From the NCBI RefSeq assembly GCF_021151785.1, contig NZ_JAGKWP010000001.1, positions 337-64,336 of the forward strand: a stretch of 64,000 nt of DNA, written 5' to 3'. The notes under the pieces were generated by a model. The model was not told where the DNA came from, did no database searches, and saw nothing but the letters and a program-made list of their open reading frames with translations. This DNA comes from Flavobacterium sp. (GTDB taxonomy: Bacteria; Bacteroidota; Bacteroidia; Flavobacteriales; Flavobacteriaceae). Of the stretch, positions 51,315 through 60,614 are shown in pieces. The position numbers were made by a program, and so were the translations under genes. Within the stretch, counting starts at the first letter, position 1. Every line of letters begins with the position of its first letter.

Positions 51315-52304
51315 TTATTTAATTAAAGCGGGTTGTACCCATTTGAAAATATGAGTTTGATCTGGAAGTACTAGTCGCTCTGAAATTTTTTTCATTCTGT
51401 CTGGTAATCTCATAATGAAATCTCTGGCTTTTTCTGCTTCATCTGTAAGACCGTTGATTTTATCAATCTCCCATTTATCAATAAGTTTTTGCATGATTTC
51501 AACATAATCCATAGCGGTATATACTCCTAGTTTTTGAGCTGAAGTAGAGAACTGCTCAAAAGCGGTACTTATTTTTTCCCCTGACTCCCTTAAGAAGTGG
51601 GCTGGCATGGTGATTTTTAACTTCATCATGTGTTGGAAAGCCAGCATCATTTCACTTGGATCTACTTTAAAAATTTGATTTACAAATTCACTATAGGCTA
51701 AGTGATGGCGCATTTCATCTCCAGCAATTAAATTACACATTTTGTGTAATTTTTTATCTCCAAATTTTTTAGCAATTTGTGCTACACGATTATGTGAGAT
51801 GTAAGTAGCTAATTCTTGAAAACTTGTATAAACAAAATTTTTATAAGGATCTTTACCAGTACCAATATCAAAACCATCGTTAATCAAGTGGTGTGTTGTT
51901 TGTTCAACCTCTTTCATGTTTACTCTACCTGAAAGATACAAGTACTTGTTTAATACGTCTCCGTGGCGGTTTTCTTCTCCGGTCCAGTGACGAACCCATT
52001 TGCTCCATCCGTTACGGCTTTCATTGTCTACGCCTTCTACTTCCATTAACCATGATTCATAAGTTGGTAGTGCCTCTTCAGTAATAGTATCTCCTACAAG
52101 GACTACCCAAAAATCATAAGGTAAATCTTTTGCAATTTCTCTTAATTCTGTTACATCGTCTAAAAAAGTTTCGCTTTCAGAGTGAGGTAACAAATCGGTT
52201 GGTTGCCAAATTTTTTCCACTGGAATTAAAAAATCGTTCATGAAAGAATCGATCTTTTTTTCTAGCAGTTGCATAACTTCCAACCTTACATTTTTTAATG
52301 ACAT
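51315..52304 (-). CDS. Acyl-ACP desaturase (soluble diiron type)
   Basis: TEEALPTY, WTGEENRHG, FQELAT, DEMRH. Confidence 0.92.
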   Translation of the reverse strand: MSLKNVRLEVMQLLEKKIDSFMNDFLIPVEKIWQPTDLLPHSESETFLDDVTELREIAKDLPYDFWVVLVGDTITEEALPTYESWLMEVEGVDNESRNGWSKWVRHWTGEENRHGDVLNKYLYLSGRVNMKEVEQTTHHLINDGFDIGTGKDPYKNFVYTSFQELATYISHNRVAQIAKKFGDKKLHKMCNLIAGDEMRHHLAYSEFVNQIFKVDPSEMMLAFQHMMKLKITMPAHFLRESGEKISTAFEQFSTSAQKLGVYTAMDYVEIMQKLIDKWEIDKINGLTDEAEKARDFIMRLPDRMKKISERLVLPDQTHIFKWVQPALIK

Positions 52305-52310
52305 GTTTTA

Positions 52311-53042
52311 TTATTTTATATTTTGGGTTATTATTTTTTCTGTTTTTTCAATTAGTTCCTCAAAACTATAGTCGGCTCCTTTCAAAGCTGGATGAATCAT
52401 AAACTCTAAACGATTACCTAGACCTAATGGAAATTGTCCATATCGTGTCATTTTCCAAGAATTATTTATAGTGACTGGAAGAAAATAAGCATCAGGGGCA
52501 AATTTATATAACATTTTTAAACCATTGACTGAAAATTCTTTTGGTTTGCCATTTTTACTTCTTGTACCTTCAGGAAAAATAACTACTGAATAATTATTTT
52601 CGTTGATGTATTCGGCCACTTTTTTAATAGCAGGCAAGGCTTGTTTTGGGTCTTTTCTGTCAATTAGTGCAGAACCGCCATGGCGTAAATTATAAGAAAC
52701 ACTAGGTATGCCTTTTCCTAATTCTTTTTTGCTGATGAATTTAGGATGCAATTTTCTTAAAAACCAAATAAAAGGCGGAATGTCATACAAACTTTGATGG
52801 TTAGAAACTATAATTACTGGAACATTGTTAGGAACATTTTCAAATCCAGTTATTCTATATGTGGTACCTAAAATATGTGTAGAACGAACTAAAAACCAGT
52901 TGAGCACGGCTACACTAATTCGGTGAGCATTGTAACCAAAAAGATTGAAACAAATCCATTGAATCGGATGAAAAATCACTAAACAAAGGCCAAAAACAAA
53001 ATAAAAAATAACCGATAAAGGATAAGAAAGTATTTTTTGCAT
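52311..53042 (-). CDS. Lysophospholipid acyltransferase
   Basis: SNHQSLYD, FPEGTRS. Confidence 0.92.
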   Translation of the reverse strand: MQKILSYPLSVIFYFVFGLCLVIFHPIQWICFNLFGYNAHRISVAVLNWFLVRSTHILGTTYRITGFENVPNNVPVIIVSNHQSLYDIPPFIWFLRKLHPKFISKKELGKGIPSVSYNLRHGGSALIDRKDPKQALPAIKKVAEYINENNYSVVIFPEGTRSKNGKPKEFSVNGLKMLYKFAPDAYFLPVTINNSWKMTRYGQFPLGLGNRLEFMIHPALKGADYSFEELIEKTEKIITQNIK

Positions 53043-53072
53043 GGTATTTTTTTGTCAAAGATATTCCTTAAA

Positions 53073-53108
53073 ACAATAAAAACCATCAAAAAGGATGGTT
53101 TTTATTGT
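53073..53108 (-). terminator. Terminator
   Basis: ACAATAAAAACCATC / GATGGTTTTTATTGT. Confidence 0.8.
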
Positions 53109-53123
53109 TCAATTGCTCATTTA

Positions 53124-53534
53124 TTAGCAAAATTCGTTATAAGCATCTTTTAAGTTTTCCGCAATTAAGTCGGCTGGTCTACCTTCGATGTGATGTCTTT
53201 CAAGCATGTGAACTAATTCACCGTTTTTGAATAAAGCCATACAAGGAGAAGAAGGAGGGAAAGGGAACATATGTTCTCTCGCTTTATCTACCGCTTCTTT
53301 GTCTACTCCTGCAAAAACAGTTACTAATTGTGTAGGTACTTTAGTATTGTCTAAACTCATTTTTGCGCCTGGGCGCGCGTTTCTTGCGGCACATCCACAA
53401 ACGGAATTAACCACCACTAGAGTAGTGCCTTCTTTAGCTAACGCTTGTTCAACTTCTTGTGCATTATATAATTCTTGGAAACCTGCTTCTGATAATTCAG
53501 CACGCATTGGTTTTACTAATTCTTCTGGATACAT
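53124..53534 (-). CDS. BrxA/BrxB-family bacilliredoxin
   Basis: [25 protein letters not shown]. Confidence 0.92.
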   Translation of the reverse strand: MYPEELVKPMRAELSEAGFQELYNAQEVEQALAKEGTTLVVVNSVCGCAARNARPGAKMSLDNTKVPTQLVTVFAGVDKEAVDKAREHMFPFPPSSPCMALFKNGELVHMLERHHIEGRPADLIAENLKDAYNEFC

Positions 53535-53679
53535 ACTAATTTGATTTCAACATTAATGATGTACAAATTTACAAAGAATTTTAGTGTAGACCCAATACAA
53601 AATCATAAAGATTTGTTATTGTTTTTATAGAAACTTCTTATTGCCAAAAGAACCTAATATCTTTGCTAAAAATATACAT

Positions 53680-54486
53680 ATGAAAAATTGGTTGTTTTTT
53701 TTATTTTTTACTTTTTTAGTTCAAGCACAAAATGAAAAAGAAATAGAGGTTGTTGTGGTAAAAAAAGCCCCTAAAATAGCTACTGTTTTAAAACGGTTAA
53801 ATAAACAATTGTTGAAAAATGTCGATACTACAACTTATGTTTATCAATTAAATCAACTCAATTTTGAAAACACAGATACCATTATTTCTAGAAATGAAAA
53901 ACAACTTTTGAAGTTTACTGATTTTGCTGGTCAATTTTCTAAAAAAAATGAGATTGAAAACAAAGACAATTGGTTCACTAAGATTAAAGAAACGTTTAAA
54001 GATTATTCGGCAAAAGAGTCTCCAATAGGTTGGATTTCTGGTTTTCCTGTCCGAAAAAATATTACGATAACAGACTTAGATTTTATTCGAACCACTAGAG
54101 GTTATGCCTATAAAGTCGAATGGATTAATGATGAAGATTTACTAATTTCATTTCAATCTGCTAATTTTTATAAAGGTCAATTTGTAGTAGATAGAAATTA
54201 CAATTTACTTTCTCTATCATACGAAGTTCAAGCACCATATCCGTTTTATTACACTAGTGATCAGAGTGTAGGAAAGTATCACACCTTTACTTCAAGTTGG
54301 ATTTACCAGCGCGAGAAAGTAGCTATGACTTTTGCAATAGTTAAAAAGAAAATGGCTTTAGTTTCTTTGTCAATTGAAGAAAAATTGCGTGATTTTGTTT
54401 TTAACAGATACAATAAAGAAGGTGTAACATTCACCAAAAAGACTAATTTCTCTACTCAAATAGAATTGTTTAGACGTATTGAATAA
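53680..54486 (+). CDS. Exported hypothetical protein
   Basis: Signal peptide VQA-Q from ATG 53680; TATCTTTG element at 53658-53665. Confidence 0.78.
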   Translation: MKNWLFFLFFTFLVQAQNEKEIEVVVVKKAPKIATVLKRLNKQLLKNVDTTTYVYQLNQLNFENTDTIISRNEKQLLKFTDFAGQFSKKNEIENKDNWFTKIKETFKDYSAKESPIGWISGFPVRKNITITDLDFIRTTRGYAYKVEWINDEDLLISFQSANFYKGQFVVDRNYNLLSLSYEVQAPYPFYYTSDQSVGKYHTFTSSWIYQREKVAMTFAIVKKKMALVSLSIEEKLRDFVFNRYNKEGVTFTKKTNFSTQIELFRRIE

Positions 54487-54591
54487 ATTCTAGGAGCATA
54501 CATTATTTTTCAAAGATTTTTTGTCCTGCTTTTTGCATTACAAGGTAGTTTGCTATAATTAAGGCTACTCTGGACGTTTTGTTTTCATAAC

Positions 54592-55737
54592 CTAAAAACT
54601 TTTAAAAATTCTATTCCACAAGGCTTTAATGAAAATACCTTTTGGGCATTTATTAATAACTTGTAGGTCTTCCCAAAGAGAAGTTTCTTCATCAAGAAAT
54701 TTGAAAATGAGTGCTACTTTTCCGTCATGAAACAAGGCGCTAAAAATTTGGTTTCCAACTTTATTGTTTTGGTGTAAAATATCAATAAGTAATAAATCAT
54801 AGAACCAGAATTTATTTTTGGTATGAAACTGTCTAAAATCGCTATTGCTTTTGCTAAATGTGCTAAGCTTTTTTGCTTTTTTATAGGCATTTTTAAAGGT
54901 GTAACCCGTGCTTGCTTTAGTCCATCCTCCTGCTGAGCCAATATGAATGATATTTGCTGTGTTGTGTTTCCAAAAAGGATAACAAGTCATTGGGATATTG
55001 CCTTGTTCTTTCTCAAGTATTTCGAAATGTTGTACACCTAAGTCATTTAGGTAATGTGTAATGGCTTGCTCATATTCCTCTTTAGGCAGAAGGTCTTTAG
55101 AAAACAAGGTATATTCAATAAGTGCTTCATTTTTGGTGTTAGGTAAAACATACATGAATCGGGTATTACCTTTTTGCTTAATAGAAAAATCCATAAAGGT
55201 TGGACAATTTTCTGTGAATACCGCTTCTTTCGTTTGCACTACCCATCCTATAAAATGTTGTTGAACTAAGGGGAATTTAGTTTGTGAAGCTACCCAATCG
55301 GGGTTGTAGATGCTATTAAAAACGCGATTACAAGTGTAGAGTTGTATATTAGTTTTTACCGTGCAATGGGTACCAAGTTCTGTCACATCAATTACTTTTT
55401 GATGGGCAAAGTGAACGTTTGGATGTTGTTTAGCTAGATTGTAGATGAATTGGTAAAAAGTGCTGCTTCTCAGTTTTTTATAACGGTAAGGATGAAGCAA
55501 CATTTGTTGTGTATGTGTATTGTCTTTAAACCATGCTTTTAGCCAAATCTTCTCTGATTGTTTGTCAAATAAAGAAGAAGAGTCCCAAAAACACCAGGTG
55601 CGGTCGTTGGAGTTTTTTATTTCTTGATCTAAGATAAGGATTGAGGAATCTTTAAAAAACGGGTCTTCAAGAAAATGGTAAAGAGTGAGCAGAGCAGCTA
55701 GTCCGCCTCCTGTGAATATGTAATTATAGTGTTGCAT
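54592..55737 (-). CDS. Lycopene cyclase family FAD-dependent protein
   Basis: GGGLAAL, DRTWCFW, FMDF, FMYVLP, IEYT, STGYTF. Confidence 0.85.
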   Translation of the reverse strand: MQHYNYIFTGGGLAALLTLYHFLEDPFFKDSSILILDQEIKNSNDRTWCFWDSSSLFDKQSEKIWLKAWFKDNTHTQQMLLHPYRYKKLRSSTFYQFIYNLAKQHPNVHFAHQKVIDVTELGTHCTVKTNIQLYTCNRVFNSIYNPDWVASQTKFPLVQQHFIGWVVQTKEAVFTENCPTFMDFSIKQKGNTRFMYVLPNTKNEALIEYTLFSKDLLPKEEYEQAITHYLNDLGVQHFEILEKEQGNIPMTCYPFWKHNTANIIHIGSAGGWTKASTGYTFKNAYKKAKKLSTFSKSNSDFRQFHTKNKFWFYDLLLIDILHQNNKVGNQIFSALFHDGKVALIFKFLDEETSLWEDLQVINKCPKGIFIKALWNRIFKSF

Positions 55738-55809
55738 AGCTTCTTTTTTGGTAAAATTAACCTTAAATTTATTTATGAAAAAATTAATATATAGAAAATA
55801 TTTTCTTGT

Positions 55810-55817
55810 TACCTTTG
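55810..55817 (+). promoter_or_regulatory. -7 promoter element 4 nt before the GTG of the His-rich ORF
   Basis: TACCTTTG-TATA-GTG. Confidence 0.6.
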
Positions 55818-55821
55818 TATA

Positions 55822-56205
55822 GTGAAAAAGTATATAACGCTAGCCTTTTTATGTGTGTATTTGTTTTCAATGACTGAAGTTCATCAGTTATTGAAGATGC
55901 CTTTATTGGTTGAGCATTACTTAGAACACAAACAAGAAAACAAACAATTGTCTTTGTTGAGTTTTTTTGAAATGCATTATTTGAATGGTCAACATCTTGA
56001 TTCAGATCATGATAAAGACATGCAGTTGCCCTTTAAAAATTTTCAAGACAATCATCCTAATGTTGTTTTAGCTTTACCAGAATCGGTAGAATTTATCCCT
56101 CCGTATGTATTTCCTCAAGATGTTATGGTGCTTAATTTTAATGAGCATCAAATATTTATTTCCAATTTTTTGACTTCAATTTGGCAACCGCCTAAAATAG
56201 CTTAA
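55822..56205 (+). CDS. Small His/Asp-rich protein with N-terminal hydrophobic segment and C-terminal IWQPPK; candidate regulatory leader
   Basis: 127 aa; HYLEHK...HYLNGQHLDSDHDKD; directly upstream of the heavy-metal RND gene. Confidence 0.8.
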   Translation: MKKYITLAFLCVYLFSMTEVHQLLKMPLLVEHYLEHKQENKQLSLLSFFEMHYLNGQHLDSDHDKDMQLPFKNFQDNHPNVVLALPESVEFIPPYVFPQDVMVLNFNEHQIFISNFLTSIWQPPKIA

Positions 56206-56264
56206 TTAATGTTTTTATTTTCGTCCTTTTCAAGGATGAATGACTTTCTGTATTCATTAATTAA
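56202..56264 (+). promoter_or_regulatory. Nested RNA hairpin from the leader stop codon to 12 nt before the RND start
   Basis: TTAATTAATG (56202-56211) / CATTAATTAA (56255-56264) enclosing TTCGTCCTT / AAGGATGAA (56220-56240). Confidence 0.6.
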
Positions 56265-56276
56265 AGTTCCTTATTC

Positions 56277-59200
56277 ATGTTAAATAAAATTATAGAGTTT
56301 TCTGTAAAGAATAAACTCCTTGTAGCCTTGTTCACCCTTGTTTTAATAGGATTTGGGGTATATAATGTGCAAAAATTACCTATCGATGCTGTGCCCGATA
56401 TTACCAATAATCAGGTACAAGTTATTACGGTAGCGCCTTCGTTTGGAGCCACAGATATAGAGCGATTAGTTACTTTTCCTATCGAACAAGCCAATGCTAA
56501 TATTGCTGGTTTAAAAGAGATAAGAAGTTTTTCTCGTTTTGGTTTATCTTTAGTAACTATAGTATTTGAAGACCAAGTAGATGTGTACTGGGCTCGTCAG
56601 CAGGTGGCTGAGCGATTACAAGAGGTTCAAAGCCAATTACCTCAAGGGATGGGTACGCCAGCATTGGGCCCAATTTCTACTGGACTAGGTGAAATTTATC
56701 AATATGTAGTTCGTGCTAAAAAAGGGTATGAACAAAAGTATGATGAAACTGCATTACGTACAATACAAGATTGGGTTGTTAAGCGTCAATTAGCAGGTGT
56801 GAAAGGCGTCGCTGAAGTCAGTAGTTTTGGCGGAAAATTGCGTCAGGTTGAAATTAGTATTCAGCCCAATAAATTAAATGCTAATGGGATTACTATTACC
56901 GATGTATTTGATGCCTTAGAAAAAAACAACCAAAATACTGGAGGGGCTTACATTGAAAAAGAGGCTTCTGTTTTATTCATTCGCAGTGAAGGCTTGATTC
57001 AGAATCTGGAAGCGATTGAAAACACTCCAATCACAACAAAAGGAGGTGTACCTTTATATATTAAAGATGTTGCTGAAGTTAAAAATGGATTTGCCACCCG
57101 TTATGGTGCGATGTGTTATAATAATGAAGGAGAGGTAACAGGAGCAATTGTAATGATGTTAAAGGGCGCCAATAGTAGTGAAGTAATTAAAAATGTAAAA
57201 GAGCGTATTGAGCAGATTCAAAAAACCTTACCAGAGGGCGTGGTTATTGAGCCCTTTTTAGATCGAACCAAAATGGTAAATAATGCCATAGGTACTGTTG
57301 AGAAGAACTTAATTGAAGGAGCTTTAATTGTTATTTTTGTTTTGGTTGTTTTCTTAGGGAATTTAAGAGCAGGTTTATTAGTTGCTTCTGTTATTCCTTT
57401 GTCCATGTTGTTTGCAATCATTATGATGAATCTTTTTGGGGTGAGTGGTAACCTAATGAGTTTAGGAGCCTTAGATTTTGGATTAATTGTAGATGGAGCG
57501 GTTATTATTGTTGAAGCAGTGATTCATCAAATTTATCATCGTCATCAAAAAGAAGAATCGATTCATTTGACTAAAGATGAGGTAAATAAAGAGGTAGAGT
57601 CTTCTGCAAAAAAAATGATGAATAGTGCAGTTTTTGGACAAATCATTATTTTAATAGTCTATCTGCCTATTTTCACTTTACAAGGAATTGAAGGTAAAAT
57701 GTTTAAGCCAATGGCTCAAACGGTTGCTTTTGCCTTGGTGGGCGCTTTTATTTTATCTCTTACTTACATACCAATGATGAGTTCAATTGTGTTAAAAAAC
57801 ATAAAACACAATCCGCAACACTTTTCAGAGCGTATGATGGCCTTTTTGGAGCGTATTTACATGACTCGTTTAATTCAGGCTTTACACAATCAGAAAAAGA
57901 TTATAATTGTAACTTTTGTAGCCTTTATTGGAGCCATAGTGGTTTTGTCTCAGTTAGGAGGCGAATTTATCCCTGCTTTAGAAGAAGGTGATTTTGCAGT
58001 TGAAACCCGTGTTTTAACGGGAAGCAATTTAAATACGACAATTTCGTCTACTCAAAAAGCTGCGGGTATACTTAAGGCAAAGTTTCCTGAAGTAGAAAAA
58101 GTAGTTACTAAAATAGGAAGTGGAGAAGTGCCTACAGACCCAATGCCTATGGAAGCTGCTGACATGATGGTGATTTTAAAAGACAAAAGTGAATGGACTT
58201 CAGCATCAACTTTTAATGAGTTGTCAGATAAGATGTCCGCTGCTCTACAAGATGTACCTGGAATTACAGTTGGCTTTCAATATCCTGTTCAAATGCGTTT
58301 TAATGAGTTAATGACTGGAGCTCGTCAAGATGTAGTATGTAAAATTTATGGAGAAGATTTAGATACTTTGTCTAAATATGCTAATAAAGTCGGCAAGATC
58401 GTCAATTCTATTAAAGGAGCCAAGGATTTATATGTTGAACCTATAGGAGGGATGCCTCAAGTAGTAATTGAATACAAACGAAACCTTTTGGCACAGTACC
58501 AACTGAATGTTTCTGATGTGAATAAAGTAGTAAATGCTTCCTTTGCTGGACAAAGTGCCGGATTGTTGTTTGAGGGTGAGCGTCGTTTTGATGTTGTTGT
58601 TCGCGTGGATGCGAACCAAAAACAAAACCTACAAGATATACAGAATTTATTGATACCAACACCTAAAGGGATACAGGTGCCATTGCAAGTACTAGCCGAT
58701 GTAAACATAATTAATGGACCTAATCAAATCCAACGTGAGGATACCAAAAGAAGAATTGTAGTTGGTTTCAATGTACATGATTCGGATGTTCAAACGCTAG
58801 TAAATGAAATGAAACAAAAAGTGGAAACTCAAATTAAATTTCCTAGCGGCTATTACATTACTTATGGGGGAAGTTTTGAAAACTTAAATGCGGCCAAAGA
58901 TCGTTTGATGATTGCCGTCCCTATTTCATTACTTTTGATTTTCTTATTGCTTTATTTCGCATTTAAGTCGATCAAACAAGCTCTATTGATTTATACTGCA
59001 ATTCCACTTTCTACCATCGGAGGGATTTTATTTTTAGCTCTTAGAGGCATGCCTTTTAGTATTAGTGCAGGCGTTGGGTTCATCGCTCTATTTGGAGTAG
59101 CTGTTTTAAACGGTATTGTATTGATTGCTGAGTTTAATGCGCAAAGAAAACAAGGTATTTCCGATTTAACCGAGATTATATTAACAGGTACTAAAAACCG

Positions 59201-60608
59201 CCTTCGACCTATATTAATGACTGCTTTTGTAGCCTCTTTAGGCTTTCTGCCTATGGCTATTAGCAACGGTTCTGGGGCAGAAGTACAGCGACCATTAGCT
59301 ACAGTAGTTATTGGCGGGTTGTTAATTGCTACTTTTTTAACGTTATTTCTTTTACCTATTTTATATATGATATTTGAAAAAAAATCTATTCGTGTTTTAC
59401 CTAAAAGCGGAGTAGTGGTTTTGTTTTTCCTGTTTAGTTTTATGGGTATGGCTCAGCAAAAAATGCCCTTAGATAAGGTTATTGAACAAGGATTGAATTC
59501 TAATTTAATTCTTAAAAATGACAAACAACGAGTAGCTGCTGCCCAAGTCATGATAAAATCAGCTCAAGAAATACCAGCATTCAACTTAGTGGGTGAGTAT
59601 GGACAATTAAACAGTGCTTTTAATGATAATCGAGTTGGGATAACACAAAATATTAGTTTCCCTTTTTTAAATGCTAAAAAGAAAAATTGGTACGAAGTGC
59701 AAACAGAGTTGGCACAATTGAATTATCAATCTTCAGAACAAACCATAAAAAAAGCTATTACTCAAACTTTTTATGATTTAATTTATGCTGTGGAACGCGA
59801 AAAAGTCTTGCAACAATCGGATTCTATTTATACCCAATTTTTAGAAAAAGCCAAATTACGATTACAAGCAGGTGAAACAAACCATTTAGAAAAAAATGGG
59901 GCAGAATTAGCCTTAGCTTCTATTAAAGCTGATTTTAAAAAGAATCAAGAGATGATTTACCAACTTCAATTGCAAATGCAATATTTGTTGTCTACCACTG
60001 ATTGGGTAATGCCAGCTTATACAGATTTGAAAATTGAAGGACAAATTGCTGCTGATTTTGAAACGAATCATTTGCGTTTACAACTCATTGAAAAAGAGAA
60101 AAGAGCTAATGAAGTGGCGATACAAGTTGAAAAAGCAGCGTTATTTCCAGAAATTACCTTAGGTTATTATAGTATGACGATGCAAGGAATGGGGGCAGAT
60201 GATGTGCAATATGGAAGTGGAGTACGATTTCAGTCATTTCAATTGAATTTAGGTATTCCTGTTTTTAATGGAGCCAATAGGGCTCGAAGAGCAGCTTATA
60301 AAATTAATGGGACCATTTTAGCTAATCAATCTGAATTACAGAAAAAAGAATTAGAACAAGCTAAGTTGGCTTTTCAAAATAAACATCAAAATGATGTATT
60401 GGTTCTAAAAAATTATGAAAATCAAGTGCTTCCAGGAGCACAATCAATGATTAAAACAGCTGATAAACAACTTTTTAAAGGTGAAATTAACTTTATGGAA
60501 TGGTCGTGGATTATGCAGCAGGCATTAGCCTCAAGATTAGATTATTTAGAAAAAGTGAAGTCTTATAATGACGCTTTAATTCAGGTATTGTATCCAACTA
60601 TAAATTAA
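56277..60608 (+). CDS. CusA/CzcA-family heavy-metal RND pump fused to a TolC-like outer-membrane factor
   Basis: IDAVPDITNNQVQV, DFGLIVDGAVIIVE, RLRPILMTA, QRPLATVVIGG; ~385-aa C-terminal helical OMF-like region. Confidence 0.93.
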   Translation: MLNKIIEFSVKNKLLVALFTLVLIGFGVYNVQKLPIDAVPDITNNQVQVITVAPSFGATDIERLVTFPIEQANANIAGLKEIRSFSRFGLSLVTIVFEDQVDVYWARQQVAERLQEVQSQLPQGMGTPALGPISTGLGEIYQYVVRAKKGYEQKYDETALRTIQDWVVKRQLAGVKGVAEVSSFGGKLRQVEISIQPNKLNANGITITDVFDALEKNNQNTGGAYIEKEASVLFIRSEGLIQNLEAIENTPITTKGGVPLYIKDVAEVKNGFATRYGAMCYNNEGEVTGAIVMMLKGANSSEVIKNVKERIEQIQKTLPEGVVIEPFLDRTKMVNNAIGTVEKNLIEGALIVIFVLVVFLGNLRAGLLVASVIPLSMLFAIIMMNLFGVSGNLMSLGALDFGLIVDGAVIIVEAVIHQIYHRHQKEESIHLTKDEVNKEVESSAKKMMNSAVFGQIIILIVYLPIFTLQGIEGKMFKPMAQTVAFALVGAFILSLTYIPMMSSIVLKNIKHNPQHFSERMMAFLERIYMTRLIQALHNQKKIIIVTFVAFIGAIVVLSQLGGEFIPALEEGDFAVETRVLTGSNLNTTISSTQKAAGILKAKFPEVEKVVTKIGSGEVPTDPMPMEAADMMVILKDKSEWTSASTFNELSDKMSAALQDVPGITVGFQYPVQMRFNELMTGARQDVVCKIYGEDLDTLSKYANKVGKIVNSIKGAKDLYVEPIGGMPQVVIEYKRNLLAQYQLNVSDVNKVVNASFAGQSAGLLFEGERRFDVVVRVDANQKQNLQDIQNLLIPTPKGIQVPLQVLADVNIINGPNQIQREDTKRRIVVGFNVHDSDVQTLVNEMKQKVETQIKFPSGYYITYGGSFENLNAAKDRLMIAVPISLLLIFLLLYFAFKSIKQALLIYTAIPLSTIGGILFLALRGMPFSISAGVGFIALFGVAVLNGIVLIAEFNAQRKQGISDLTEIILTGTKNRLRPILMTAFVASLGFLPMAISNGSGAEVQRPLATVVIGGLLIATFLTLFLLPILYMIFEKKSIRVLPKSGVVVLFFLFSFMGMAQQKMPLDKVIEQGLNSNLILKNDKQRVAAAQVMIKSAQEIPAFNLVGEYGQLNSAFNDNRVGITQNISFPFLNAKKKNWYEVQTELAQLNYQSSEQTIKKAITQTFYDLIYAVEREKVLQQSDSIYTQFLEKAKLRLQAGETNHLEKNGAELALASIKADFKKNQEMIYQLQLQMQYLLSTTDWVMPAYTDLKIEGQIAADFETNHLRLQLIEKEKRANEVAIQVEKAALFPEITLGYYSMTMQGMGADDVQYGSGVRFQSFQLNLGIPVFNGANRARRAAYKINGTILANQSELQKKELEQAKLAFQNKHQNDVLVLKNYENQVLPGAQSMIKTADKQLFKGEINFMEWSWIMQQALASRLDYLEKVKSYNDALIQVLYPTIN

Positions 60609-60614
60609 AAAATA

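Noticed and set aside
51315-53534. Plant-type acyl-ACP desaturase and bacilliredoxin as horizontal novelties
   Set aside because: Both families are known in Flavobacteriia; composition and context look native.
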